Assembly: GCA_051748045.1 (NCBI GenBank)
Contig: JBNJGY010000011.1
Coordinates: forward strand, 1-45,423
Direction of reading: 5' to 3'
Source: Thermotogota bacterium
GTDB lineage: Bacteria > Thermotogota > Thermotogae > Petrotogales > Petrotogaceae
DNA length: 45,423 nucleotides
Under the pieces are notes generated by a model. The model worked only from the letters and a program-made list of their open reading frames with translations, was not told the origin of the DNA and ran no database searches. The position numbers and the translations under genes are program-made. Below are positions 17,827-27,326 of the stretch, piece by piece. Every line of letters begins with the position of its first letter. Within the stretch, counting starts at the first letter, position 1.

Positions 17827-19494
17827 TTATTTTTTAGGATAGATATTTATAAAAACAGGAATATAATCTCTCAATCTTTCACTCCCATTGTTTATAATTG
17901 TATCTTTAAAATAGAAAAGCGATGATCCTCCCCCGTCAAACATAATTGCTTTTCTATAATTTCCCATTTTATTAATTAATTCTTTCATACCATCATAATT
18001 TAAACCTAAATTTTCGTCATTGTAACCTTGTGCTACTATAAATGTTACCATATTTTTTTCATCAATTGCAAATGCAGTTCTTGGGCTTTTTCCATAAATA
18101 ATTCCATTAGAATAGGCTCTTTTCTCCTCTAAGAGTAATTCTTCAGAATATTTATCGTTTAACAGAATAGGTCCACCTTCAATTAATGTATGAATATTAG
18201 TTTTTATATTTTCGCTATAAGTAATGCTGAAATCTATAGGAGTACCCATTTCTATATTTTCTAAATATTTATCATATTTTTTATCTATTAGAAGTAATTT
18301 TTGATTATCTGTAAATTGTTTTGAGTTAATTTTTTTAATTTCATTATTTTCAATAACTAGAAATGTATAAGAATCTGTATTTTCTTCTATATCCCCTTTA
18401 TATTTATCAGTATATAGCTTTACTTCAGCCTTCCATTCAGAATTTATTGCTTTAACCCAAAATAGCAACCCATTTATATCAACTTTATATTCCAATTTAA
18501 CATAATCTATATTCATTTCTCCATTTTCATTAATATAAAAAGCTGGTCTTGAATAAGCGCTTAAATGTTCTAATTGTCCATCAACAATTATGTTCCCGAG
18601 TGGCTCCAAAGTATTTACATCAAAATAAGAAGCATTAATAGCAGCTAATATTTTTTCGTTTTCTTCAAAATAAGTTTTAGAAGTGTTAGCTTTACCAATT
18701 TGATTTAATCCAATGTTTAAATCATAGTTTTTTGGGTCAAAAGTCAAAGAATAAACTCTTAAATCATTTTCTGCTATTGTATACTTTTCTTCTTTATAAT
18801 CCAGTCCATTATTTTCTAGATCACCTTCTTTGTGATCAACTTTTTCTTCTGAATAATTGAAGTTTATGGTATATATCTGTGAATCTAAATTTTGCTCATA
18901 TCTTGGAACATCATCAAATTTCAAAAATATTTGTCCTCGATCGTAGGTATAATTTAAATCAGAAGGTATATATTTTATATCAAGAACAGGTTTAATAGCT
19001 AAGATTATACCTCCATTTACTTTATTAATTTTGAACATAGAATTAGATACATTCCTATCAAATTCTAAAGAAAACATATTATTTGTATAATCGATGTTTT
19101 TAATAACCGGCATCTCATCGTAAAAATAAATATTTTGAGTATTTTTGTATATATCTAATGAAAGAAATGAACTGATAATATCTTCTCTAATATATAAGTT
19201 ATTATCTGACTCTAATAAAGAATTATCATATCTATTGATAAAATTTATCTTTGAATATTGATTTATATGATTTAATTCAAGTACTTTTTGATTAAATACA
19301 TAAAAAGAAACATTATTACTTTCATTTTTAATAATATTAGATCGCTCTAATATATCACTATTTATGAAAAACTCACCTGATTTTTTAATAGTTTTATACT
19401 CTGAAGGTGTTGATGTTTTTGTAATTATATGAGCATTAGAATATATCATTAAAAAGCTAGATAACATAAAAACTATAATAATAAATTTTTTCAA
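17827..19494 (-). CDS. Secreted phosphodiester glycosidase (NAGPA-like) family protein
   Basis: TTG start at 19494 with GAGGAGG SD gives signal peptide MKKFIIIVFMLSSFLMIYS; AINASYF, GGPIL, PRTA and FDGGGSS motifs. Confidence 0.82.
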   Translation of the reverse strand: MKKFIIIVFMLSSFLMIYSNAHIITKTSTPSEYKTIKKSGEFFINSDILERSNIIKNESNNVSFYVFNQKVLELNHINQYSKINFINRYDNSLLESDNNLYIREDIISSFLSLDIYKNTQNIYFYDEMPVIKNIDYTNNMFSLEFDRNVSNSMFKINKVNGGIILAIKPVLDIKYIPSDLNYTYDRGQIFLKFDDVPRYEQNLDSQIYTINFNYSEEKVDHKEGDLENNGLDYKEEKYTIAENDLRVYSLTFDPKNYDLNIGLNQIGKANTSKTYFEENEKILAAINASYFDVNTLEPLGNIIVDGQLEHLSAYSRPAFYINENGEMNIDYVKLEYKVDINGLLFWVKAINSEWKAEVKLYTDKYKGDIEENTDSYTFLVIENNEIKKINSKQFTDNQKLLLIDKKYDKYLENIEMGTPIDFSITYSENIKTNIHTLIEGGPILLNDKYSEELLLEEKRAYSNGIIYGKSPRTAFAIDEKNMVTFIVAQGYNDENLGLNYDGMKELINKMGNYRKAIMFDGGGSSLFYFKDTIINNGSERLRDYIPVFINIYPKK

Positions 19495-19507
19495 AACATC
19501 TTCCTCC

Positions 19508-20815
19508 TCAGTCGATAATATCGTATATTGTCTTAATAATCGATTCATCAGGTTTTTTATCAGAAATTATTATTGATTGATTTAATATATTTTCTGATTC
19601 TTCAGTGTTGGATTTTTCTGAATAATACATAGTAACTAACTTATCGCCTTTCTTTACTTTTTCTCCTAATTTTTTATGAACTTCTAAACCAACGCTTAAA
19701 TCAATCTCATCATCTTTAGTTGCCCTTCCGGCTCCTAACATCATTGAAGCAATACCGATTTTTTCTGTATCATAACTAGTCAAAAAACCATTTTTTTCTG
19801 ATTTTACTACTTTAGTTTTTTTCGAAATATTCAAAATTGTAGGATCTTCAACAATATTACCGTCTCCATTTTGAGCAATTATCCATTCTTTCATTTTTTC
19901 TTTAACTATTCCAGAATTAATATTTTTAATTAACTTATCTTTAGCTTCCTTATAATTCATTACACCAGATATTTCTGCCATATGACAAGCTAGTTCAATA
20001 CATAGTTCTTGAAAATCTTCAGGTCCATTACCTTTTGCTGTTTCTATAGATTCATAAACTTCTAAAGCATTTCCAATTTTAATTCCAAGTGGTTGGTTCA
20101 TATTTGTAACCATTGCCTTTATATTTTTACCATTCATTTTTCCAATACTTACCATAGATTCAGCTAATTTTTTAGCTTCTTTTATTTCTTTCATAAACGC
20201 TCCTGAACCAGCCTTTACATCTAGTATTATTCCATCAGAATCTATCGCTAATTTTTTACTCATTATACTAGAAGCTATTAAAGATATTTCGTCAACTGTT
20301 GCTGTTAGATCTCTTAATGCATATATTTTTTTGTCTGCTGGAGCTATATTAGCAGTTTGTCCAGCGATCGCAATTCCAGTTTTATTAGCTATTTCAATAA
20401 ATTCTTTAGAAGATAAAGAAGTTTTAAATCCAGGAATTGACTCTAATTTATCAATAGTACCTCCAGTATGGCCTAAACCTCTTCCAGACAATTTTGAAAC
20501 AGATAACCCTAACGATGCTACCATAGGTGCAAGAGTTAAAGTTGTTTTGTCTCCAACACCACCAGTAGAGTGTTTGTCTATTTTTTTACCTTTTATTCCC
20601 TCCAAAGAAACTTTGTCTCCGCTATTAAGCATTGTAATGGTTAAATCATATCTTTCTTTATCGCTCATATGATTAAAATAAACAGCCATAAGCCATGCTG
20701 ACATTTGATAATCTTTTAACTCACCTGAGACATAATTATTTATCATATATTCAATTTCTTCTTTAGTATTTCTATCTCCATTTCTTTTTTTCATTATTAT
20801 GTCATAAGCTCTCAT
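19508..20815 (-). CDS. pdp: Pyrimidine-nucleoside/thymidine phosphorylase
   Basis: DKHSTGGVGDK, SGRGLGHTGGTIDKLES and SSIMSKK. Confidence 0.96.
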   Translation of the reverse strand: MRAYDIIMKKRNGDRNTKEEIEYMINNYVSGELKDYQMSAWLMAVYFNHMSDKERYDLTITMLNSGDKVSLEGIKGKKIDKHSTGGVGDKTTLTLAPMVASLGLSVSKLSGRGLGHTGGTIDKLESIPGFKTSLSSKEFIEIANKTGIAIAGQTANIAPADKKIYALRDLTATVDEISLIASSIMSKKLAIDSDGIILDVKAGSGAFMKEIKEAKKLAESMVSIGKMNGKNIKAMVTNMNQPLGIKIGNALEVYESIETAKGNGPEDFQELCIELACHMAEISGVMNYKEAKDKLIKNINSGIVKEKMKEWIIAQNGDGNIVEDPTILNISKKTKVVKSEKNGFLTSYDTEKIGIASMMLGAGRATKDDEIDLSVGLEVHKKLGEKVKKGDKLVTMYYSEKSNTEESENILNQSIIISDKKPDESIIKTIYDIID

Positions 20816-22091
20816 TAGAATTTCCTCCTTTGAAGTTTATTTTAAAAAGAGTCCCGTTGTTTTCTTCACTTTCAAGATAAATTCTAGCGTTATGTTTATC
20901 TAAAATTGTTTTTACTATATATAAGCCCAAACCAAAACCACTAATTTGTCTTGTTCTTGATTTATCAACTCTGTAAAACATATCATAAATTTTTTGAATT
21001 TCTTTAGAAGAAATTCCTATCCCATCATCCTCTATTTCTAATACAACTTCATTTTTTTCAACATTAGTTTCTTTATAGAGTCTAATCCAAACGTTTTTCT
21101 CGGAAGATTTTTTTAGTGATGTAAATTTTAATGCATTATCTAATAAATTATAAATAACTTGTAAGATTCTATCTTCATTCGCTCTTATATATACATCTTC
21201 TTCTATTTCCGATAATATATTAATTCCCATTTCTTTTGATAACATAGAAAAGAAATTAAATGCTTTTTCAGCTACTTTTGTAAGATTAATTTCTTTCATA
21301 GGCATTTCTGTATTTATACTCTTTTCCAATCTCCCTAAATCTAGAAGATCATTTACAAGTCTTGTTAACCTTGCAGTTTCATCTTCTACAATATTTAACA
21401 TTTTTTTATATTGAGGATCAATGGTTTCATCCATAATCAACGATTCAACATAACCATTTATTACAGTCAAAGGTGTTCTTAATTCATGAGACATTATAGT
21501 TAAAAATTCTTTTCTCAATGATTCAAAATTTTTCTCCCTTGTAATATCATTTAAAATAATAATTCGATATTTTTCGTCAATAGATGTAGATTTTACTGTA
21601 CATTTATAGTATCTCTTCTCAGGAGAATAAAATAGTATTTCTTCTTTCAATTCTCTATCTCTTTTAAAACTTGTAAGTATAAGATCAATGAGATTATGAG
21701 AGTCCACTATTTCTGCTAATGACCTACCAACATAATCTTCTATTGTAAATATCTCTCTTGAAGCACTATTTGCGAAATCTACTTTTATTATATCCCCTTG
21801 ATATAAGGATACCAAAATTACACCTTCATTCAAAGAGTCTAAAATTGAATATATATTTCTTCTTCTATTTTTTTCGGAATCATATTTATTTTTTATTCTA
21901 GAAATATTATTATTCATTTGATGTAATAAAAAATCATCTGATGGGTTGTTTATATTTATCTCCATAGTTCTTGATATTTCATTCTTTAGTCTATAATAAT
22001 TTTTTTTAAGTTTTAAGTTTTTAAAATAATAATATATAAAACCTAATAAAATTATTATAAACAATATACTTAAAAAAACATAAATTATCAT
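20802..22091 (-). CDS. hpkA: Sensor histidine kinase (TM-PAS-HisKA-HATPase; HpkA/PhoR-like)
   Basis: SHELRTPLT H-box, NLLDNALKF, DDGIGI and GFGLGL; downstream of drrA. Confidence 0.88.
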   Translation of the reverse strand: MIIYVFLSILFIIILLGFIYYYFKNLKLKKNYYRLKNEISRTMEININNPSDDFLLHQMNNNISRIKNKYDSEKNRRRNIYSILDSLNEGVILVSLYQGDIIKVDFANSASREIFTIEDYVGRSLAEIVDSHNLIDLILTSFKRDRELKEEILFYSPEKRYYKCTVKSTSIDEKYRIIILNDITREKNFESLRKEFLTIMSHELRTPLTVINGYVESLIMDETIDPQYKKMLNIVEDETARLTRLVNDLLDLGRLEKSINTEMPMKEINLTKVAEKAFNFFSMLSKEMGINILSEIEEDVYIRANEDRILQVIYNLLDNALKFTSLKKSSEKNVWIRLYKETNVEKNEVVLEIEDDGIGISSKEIQKIYDMFYRVDKSRTRQISGFGLGLYIVKTILDKHNARIYLESEENNGTLFKINFKGGNSNESL

Positions 22092-22117
22092 TGTATCACC
22101 TCTATTAATGACAATTG

Positions 22118-22148
22118 AAAAAAAGCGACAGAAAATATCTGCCGCTTT
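22118..22148 (-). terminator. Terminator-like hairpin between drrA and hpkA
   Basis: AAAGCGGCAGA-TATTT-TCTGTCGCTTT followed by further Ts on the minus strand. Confidence 0.75.
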
Positions 22149-22159
22149 AAGTAATTATA

Positions 22160-22888
22160 TTAGTCGTTTTTGTCTTTTCCTGGATCTCTAAATTTATATC
22201 CTTTTCCTCTTACGGTTATGATATATTTTGGATTAGAAGGATCTTCTTCAATTTTAGTTCTCAATCTTCTTATATGAACATCTACAGTTCTTGTATCACC
22301 ATAATAATCATATCCCCATAGTTTATCTAATAAGACATCTCTATTAAAAACTTTTCCTTCATTTTTAGCTAAGAAAACTAAGAGATCAAATTCCAATGGT
22401 GTCAAGCTTACTAATTCGCCTCTAACCCATACTTCTAATCTTTCTGTATCAATAACTAAATCTTTAGCTGATATTTTTTTAGGACCTTCTTCTTTCATTT
22501 GTGAAGCTGTTGTCTGTCTTCTAAAAATACTTTTTATTCTTGCTAAAAGTTCTCTTACATTAAACGGTTTAGTAACATAATCATCACTACCTAATTCTAA
22601 GCCTGCTACTTTATCAGCTGCATCATCTTTAGCACTTAGAATTAAAACTGGTGTTGCTTTGTGATTTTCGTTACTCTTTAGAATTCTGATTAAATCAAAA
22701 CCATCCATAGAACCAGGTAACATAATATCTACAATAAAAAAGTCAACATCTTTTTCTTCAACTACCTTTAATGCTTCATCTGCGGAACCTGCTGATAATA
22801 CATCATATCCTTCTTTTGAAAGATTAATTGAAAGCATTTCAGAAATCGCAGGATCGTCTTCAACTATCATAATAGTCTTTTTTGCCAT
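22160..22888 (-). CDS. drrA: OmpR/PhoB-family response regulator DrrA
   Basis: VEDD, DIMLP, DDYVTKPF and WGYDYYGDTRTVDVHIRRLRTKIE; closely resembles Thermotoga DrrA as recalled. Confidence 0.9.
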   Translation of the reverse strand: MAKKTIMIVEDDPAISEMLSINLSKEGYDVLSAGSADEALKVVEEKDVDFFIVDIMLPGSMDGFDLIRILKSNENHKATPVLILSAKDDAADKVAGLELGSDDYVTKPFNVRELLARIKSIFRRQTTASQMKEEGPKKISAKDLVIDTERLEVWVRGELVSLTPLEFDLLVFLAKNEGKVFNRDVLLDKLWGYDYYGDTRTVDVHIRRLRTKIEEDPSNPKYIITVRGKGYKFRDPGKDKND

Positions 22889-22908
22889 AATTATTCCCCC
22901 CTTTTGGG

Positions 22909-23331
22909 TTAAATGTTCGTTAGTTTTTTTAATTTATTATATTTTTCTTTTTTTAAATAATTCTTAGAAACAACTGTTCTTGTTAATTTAAAATCAGCGA
23001 TTTTATTAATCTCATCAAAAGCTTCACCAACAAAATATATATTATTATTATTTATGTTTTCAGGAATGATTTTTATATAGACATTTGTGTTATATGGTGT
23101 TAAAGAAATATGGGTTAAGGCTGTATTTGATACAACTGATGTTTCATCAGTTTCCAAAAAATCAGAAAGAATTTTAAAAGCACTTTCATGAATTTCTTCA
23201 ATTAAAGAAGAAGTACTTAAAAGTTTTTCATTTGAAAGTTCTTCATCTTCAACCCAAATTAAATCTTCTGAATTAAATCTAAAATTAAAATCAAATTCTT
23301 TTCCAATAATGGAATCTATATTTGTTTTCAT
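22909..23331 (-). CDS. Hotdog-fold thioesterase (FlK-like)
   Basis: LSTSSLIEEIHE, ETSV and THISLTP match the FlK-type Thr/Glu/His layout; start likely 23331 (GAGGAGG SD). Confidence 0.7.
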   Translation of the reverse strand: MKTNIDSIIGKEFDFNFRFNSEDLIWVEDEELSNEKLLSTSSLIEEIHESAFKILSDFLETDETSVVSNTALTHISLTPYNTNVYIKIIPENINNNNIYFVGEAFDEINKIADFKLTRTVVSKNYLKKEKYNKLKKLTNI

Positions 23332-23350
23332 AAATCCCCCTCCTCTTTCT

Positions 23351-25219
23351 TTATTCCCTGTATTTAGTTTCATAAATATATTTAATTTGATAAACTTCTT
23401 TATCGATTAATTCTTCTAATTCTTCTCCTGAAATTGTATCTTTTTTCAATAAGATTTTTGCTATAAGATCTATTTTTTCTTTATTTTCATTAATTTTTTG
23501 TTTAGCTTTTTCAAAACACTCATTTATTATTTTTCTTATTTCTGAATCTACTTCATCTGCTGTATCTTCAGAATAATTTTTAGTTTTAGCTAAATCTTTA
23601 CCTAAGAAGACTTCTCCTTCTTCTTCACCCCAGGCTATTGGTCCTATTTTTTTACTCATTCCCAATTGTAAAATCATTACTTTTGCTAATTTTGTTGCTC
23701 TTTTCAAATCATTACCTGCACCAGTAGTGATTTCATTAAAATAAATATCTTCTGATGCTCTACCAGCTAACATAGTTGTTATTCTATCAATGAATTCTGA
23801 TTTAGAGGTTAAAAATTTATCTTCCTCAGGTATTTGTAGAGTATACCCCAGGGCTGAATGACCTCTTGGCACTATTGTTACTTTATGAACAGGATCTGTG
23901 TTTGGTAATAAATGACCCACTACAGCATGCCCTAATTCATGATAAGCTATTATATTTCTTTCATGTTCAGAAAGAATTCTTGATTTTCTTTCTGGTCCTG
24001 CTATAACTCTTTCAACCGCTTCTTCAAAATCTTCCATTTTAATTGTTTTTCTTTCATCTCTGGCTGCTAGTAATGCGGCTTCATTAATAAGATTTTCCAA
24101 ATCCGCTCCTACAAAACCTGGAGTTCTAAGTGCTAAAGTATGAACATCTACTTCAGATTCTATTTTTTTACCTTTCATATGTATTTTTAAAATATCTTCT
24201 CTACCTTCTAAGTCAGGTCTGTCAATAACAATTTTTTTATCAAATCTACCAGGCCTTAACAGAGCTTTATCTAATATATCTGGTCTGTTTGTTGCAGCCA
24301 TAACAATTGTTCCTGAATTAACTTCGAATCCATCCATTTCCACTAATAATGAATTTAAAGTTTGTTCTCTTTCATCATTGCCTCCACCTAATCCAGCACC
24401 TCTAGCTCTTCCGACTGCATCTATTTCATCAATGAAGATTATCGTAGATTTTTCTTTTTTTGCTTCTTTAAAAAGATCTCTAACTCTTGAAGCACCTACT
24501 CCAACAAACATTTCAACAAAATCAGAACCACTTATGAAATAAAAAGGTACATCTGCTTCTCCTGCTACAGCTCTTGCAAGTAATGTTTTACCAGTACCCG
24601 GCTCTCCAACTAATAATAGACCTTTTGGCATTCTAGCACCGAGTTTATTAAAACTTTCAGGATTTTTTAAAAATTGAACTATATCTGATAATTCTTCTTT
24701 CGCTTCTTTTATACCAGCCACATCATTAAAAGATACTTTTGGTCTGTTTACATCATATTTTTTAGCAGGACTTTTTGAAACTCCCATTCCTCTACTTGCA
24801 CCCTTTCGAGGTCTTAGCAACATAATCCAAAGAAAAATAAAGAATGCAACTGGCAGAAGATATGTTAAAACATTGACCCACCAACTAGAACCAATACCTT
24901 CTACAAATTTTATGTTTATTCCTTTGTTTGCAAGTCCAAACAAAAATTCTCTTTCTTGTAGTATTCTTGGAGCGAATAATTCATATTCACTACCATCTTT
25001 AGTTTTCAATTCTATACTTCCACCATTTTCAACTTTCATACTAATGACTTCATTATTGTTAACTTTATTCAAAAATTCATCATAAGATATTTCATTTTGA
25101 TTAGAATTACTATTTAAAGAAAATATTGAAAAAATCATAATACCTCCTATAATGAGGTATATGAAAATGATAATAGGATTTATTTTTTTAGGATTCTTTT
25201 TGTTGTTATTATTTTGCAA
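23351..25219 (-). CDS. ftsH: ATP-dependent zinc metalloprotease FtsH
   Basis: Two TMs, GEPGTGKT, FIDEID, RPGRFD and the HELGH zinc motif; TTG start. Confidence 0.97.
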   Translation of the reverse strand: MQNNNNKKNPKKINPIIIFIYLIIGGIMIFSIFSLNSNSNQNEISYDEFLNKVNNNEVISMKVENGGSIELKTKDGSEYELFAPRILQEREFLFGLANKGINIKFVEGIGSSWWVNVLTYLLPVAFFIFLWIMLLRPRKGASRGMGVSKSPAKKYDVNRPKVSFNDVAGIKEAKEELSDIVQFLKNPESFNKLGARMPKGLLLVGEPGTGKTLLARAVAGEADVPFYFISGSDFVEMFVGVGASRVRDLFKEAKKEKSTIIFIDEIDAVGRARGAGLGGGNDEREQTLNSLLVEMDGFEVNSGTIVMAATNRPDILDKALLRPGRFDKKIVIDRPDLEGREDILKIHMKGKKIESEVDVHTLALRTPGFVGADLENLINEAALLAARDERKTIKMEDFEEAVERVIAGPERKSRILSEHERNIIAYHELGHAVVGHLLPNTDPVHKVTIVPRGHSALGYTLQIPEEDKFLTSKSEFIDRITTMLAGRASEDIYFNEITTGAGNDLKRATKLAKVMILQLGMSKKIGPIAWGEEEGEVFLGKDLAKTKNYSEDTADEVDSEIRKIINECFEKAKQKINENKEKIDLIAKILLKKDTISGEELEELIDKEVYQIKYIYETKYRE

Positions 25220-25224
25220 ATATA

Positions 25225-26145
25225 CTACATCCTTTCAATTATTAATGTATTTTTATTTTTACTAACTAAAATATTCTTAAATTTTTTACTTTTTTTGCTT
25301 TTCATTTTAATAAGTTTTTTTGTTTCTTCATAATTCGGTGGATAAAATTTATTTTTTAGAAAAAATAACCTTAAAATCTCTTCATCAAAAACATCTTCTT
25401 TTATATCAAAATAATAAACGTTTTCTTTTTCATGAACTCTATTTTTATATTCTCTTTCAACTTGCTTTCTATATCCCCAAGCAATTTTTGCAAATCTAAA
25501 AATATTTTTCTCGAAGTTTTCATTAACCTTTTTTAACTCTGGTAAAATATTATTTCTAATCCTATTGCGTGAATATTTGACATCAAAATTTGTTTTATCT
25601 GTTTTGTACTTAACATTATTAATTGTAACATAATTTATTAACTCTTTCAAAGTTACAGTTAACATGGGCCTTGTTAACATTTCGTTAACGGGTAGCAATC
25701 CCGCAATACCATATAAACCAGTTCCTCTGGAAAGCCTATATAATATAGTTTCTACTAGATCATCCATATGATGAGCTGTAGCTATTTTATTGAAATTATT
25801 TTCTCTAAAAACCTTAAGAAAAAAATCGTACCTCATTTTTCTAGCAGAATTTTCTATATTTTTATATTTTTTTACATCTGCTTCTGAATAATAAAACTCC
25901 AAGTCTAGCTTTTTAGTCTCTTGTTCAACAAAAAATTTTTCTTCTTCACTCTCAACTCTTAATTTATGATTAAAATGAACAACTGCAATTTTTAATTTCA
26001 TAATTGTAGATATCTTTTTCATAACATTAAGTAAACACATACTGTCTTTGCCACCAGAAACAGCTATTAATATTTTATCATATTTTTGATATATGTTATA
26101 ATTTTTTATAAATTTATAAATTTTCTTTTCAAATTCATTTAGCAT
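25225..26145 (-). CDS. tilS: tRNA(Ile)-lysidine synthetase (short form)
   Basis: AVSGGKDS PP-loop, ARKMRY, AHHMDD and RNRIR; tilS-ftsH synteny. Confidence 0.94.
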   Translation of the reverse strand: MLNEFEKKIYKFIKNYNIYQKYDKILIAVSGGKDSMCLLNVMKKISTIMKLKIAVVHFNHKLRVESEEEKFFVEQETKKLDLEFYYSEADVKKYKNIENSARKMRYDFFLKVFRENNFNKIATAHHMDDLVETILYRLSRGTGLYGIAGLLPVNEMLTRPMLTVTLKELINYVTINNVKYKTDKTNFDVKYSRNRIRNNILPELKKVNENFEKNIFRFAKIAWGYRKQVEREYKNRVHEKENVYYFDIKEDVFDEEILRLFFLKNKFYPPNYEETKKLIKMKSKKSKKFKNILVSKNKNTLIIERM

Positions 26146-26186
26146 TGATTAACTCCTTAAATTTAAGAAATTTTTTATTTAATAAA

Positions 26187-26261
26187 TGGAGCCGACGAAG
26201 GGAATCGAACCCCCAACCTACTCATTACGAATGAGTTGCTCTTCCATTGAGCCACGCCGGC
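26187..26261 (-). tRNA. tRNA-Thr(CGT)
   Basis: GCCGGCG acceptor, anticodon arm ACTCA-TTCGTAA-TGAGT, GGTTCGATTC T-loop and encoded CCA end. Confidence 0.97.
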
Positions 26262-26277
26262 ATTCTTTTACAAAATA

Positions 26278-26305
26278 ATTATACTATAATAAAAATCAAT
26301 TTCAA
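26278..26305 (-). promoter_or_regulatory. Sigma70-type promoter for tRNA-Thr/tilS/ftsH
   Basis: Minus strand TTGAAA (26305-26300), 16-nt spacer, TATAAT (26283-26278). Confidence 0.65.
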
Positions 26306-26338
26306 ATTTATTTTTACACACTTATATATTAATTTTTC

Positions 26339-26390
26339 TTTATGTATAAGCATATTTATAGTATAATATGTATGATATTATTCAAAGGAG
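26339..26390 (+). promoter_or_regulatory. Putative promoter and SD for the plus-strand run
   Basis: TATAAT at 26362-26367, weak -35 TTTATG at 26339-26344, AAGGAG SD near 26385-26390. Confidence 0.5.
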
Positions 26391-26401
26391 AGTGAATATT
26401 T

Positions 26402-27310
26402 ATGTTAACTCCTATTTTTTATTTAGATAAATTACCAAGCGAATATGTTTTCATCATTAAAAATATTTTTGAAAAAAAGAATTTTAAAATGTCAAAGGAA
26501 ATTGATAAATCAAATATTGTTATTACAGAAAATGTGTCTAAAAATTTTGAGGATAAAATTAAAATTAAAATTTTAGATAGTGAAATATCAATAGAACACA
26601 AAAATTGTTCTCTTAAAGTAGAAGGTGATATTGAAAACATTATTGATGTTGCAATTATCCATTCTCTATCATTATTAAATAATTGTAGACCTTTTGATTT
26701 TTTAGATTTTACTGAAAAGACTACTAAAAAAATATCAAAATTTCTTCAAGCATTAGTAGTTACTATGGAAGTTGAAGATAAAGAAACAAAGATGAGCCAT
26801 TCTCAAAGAGTTGCTTTTTATTCTGAGAAATTTGCACAATTTATGAAATGGAATAAAAAAGACGTAGAAAAAATAAAAGAATTAGCTATGCTTCATGACA
26901 TTGGAAGAATAGGCATAGAACAATTAATGCTTTTTACTCCTACAAGAATAAATGATTTTGAGACATGGGATTTAGAACATACTGTTACTGGCTCTATATT
27001 TCTTAGTTCTCTTGATGAATTATGGTTTGCAGTCCCTGTTATAAGAAGTCATCATGAAAACTGGAATGGATCAGGATATCCTGATAATTTATCTGGTGAA
27101 GATATCCCTTATTTAGCAAGATTTATTGGAATAGTAGATTGGTTTGATATTGCTACTCATACTGCATCATCAGAATTTGAAGGAATGATGACAGTAGATG
27201 ATGCGATAGGCTATATAGAAAGAAAATCTGGAATAATATTTGATCCAGTTCTAAGTAGAGAATTCTTAGATTTTATAAACGACTATTTAAAAAATAATAA
27301 ATTCATATAA
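26402..27310 (+). CDS. HD-GYP domain protein (cyclic-dinucleotide phosphodiesterase family)
   Basis: HSQRV, LHDIG, HTVTG, HHENWNGSGYP, VDWFD and FDP. Confidence 0.9.
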   Translation: MLTPIFYLDKLPSEYVFIIKNIFEKKNFKMSKEIDKSNIVITENVSKNFEDKIKIKILDSEISIEHKNCSLKVEGDIENIIDVAIIHSLSLLNNCRPFDFLDFTEKTTKKISKFLQALVVTMEVEDKETKMSHSQRVAFYSEKFAQFMKWNKKDVEKIKELAMLHDIGRIGIEQLMLFTPTRINDFETWDLEHTVTGSIFLSSLDELWFAVPVIRSHHENWNGSGYPDNLSGEDIPYLARFIGIVDWFDIATHTASSEFEGMMTVDDAIGYIERKSGIIFDPVLSREFLDFINDYLKNNKFI

Positions 27311-27326
27311 TTTTCGGAGGTGTATT

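Noticed and set aside
26187-26261. tRNA as an integration site for an island
   Set aside because: No integrase, no duplicated tRNA 3' end, and housekeeping genes on both sides.
26262-26401. AT-rich strand-switch region as a possible replication origin
   Set aside because: No DnaA-box array or dnaA/dnaN context; divergent promoters explain it.
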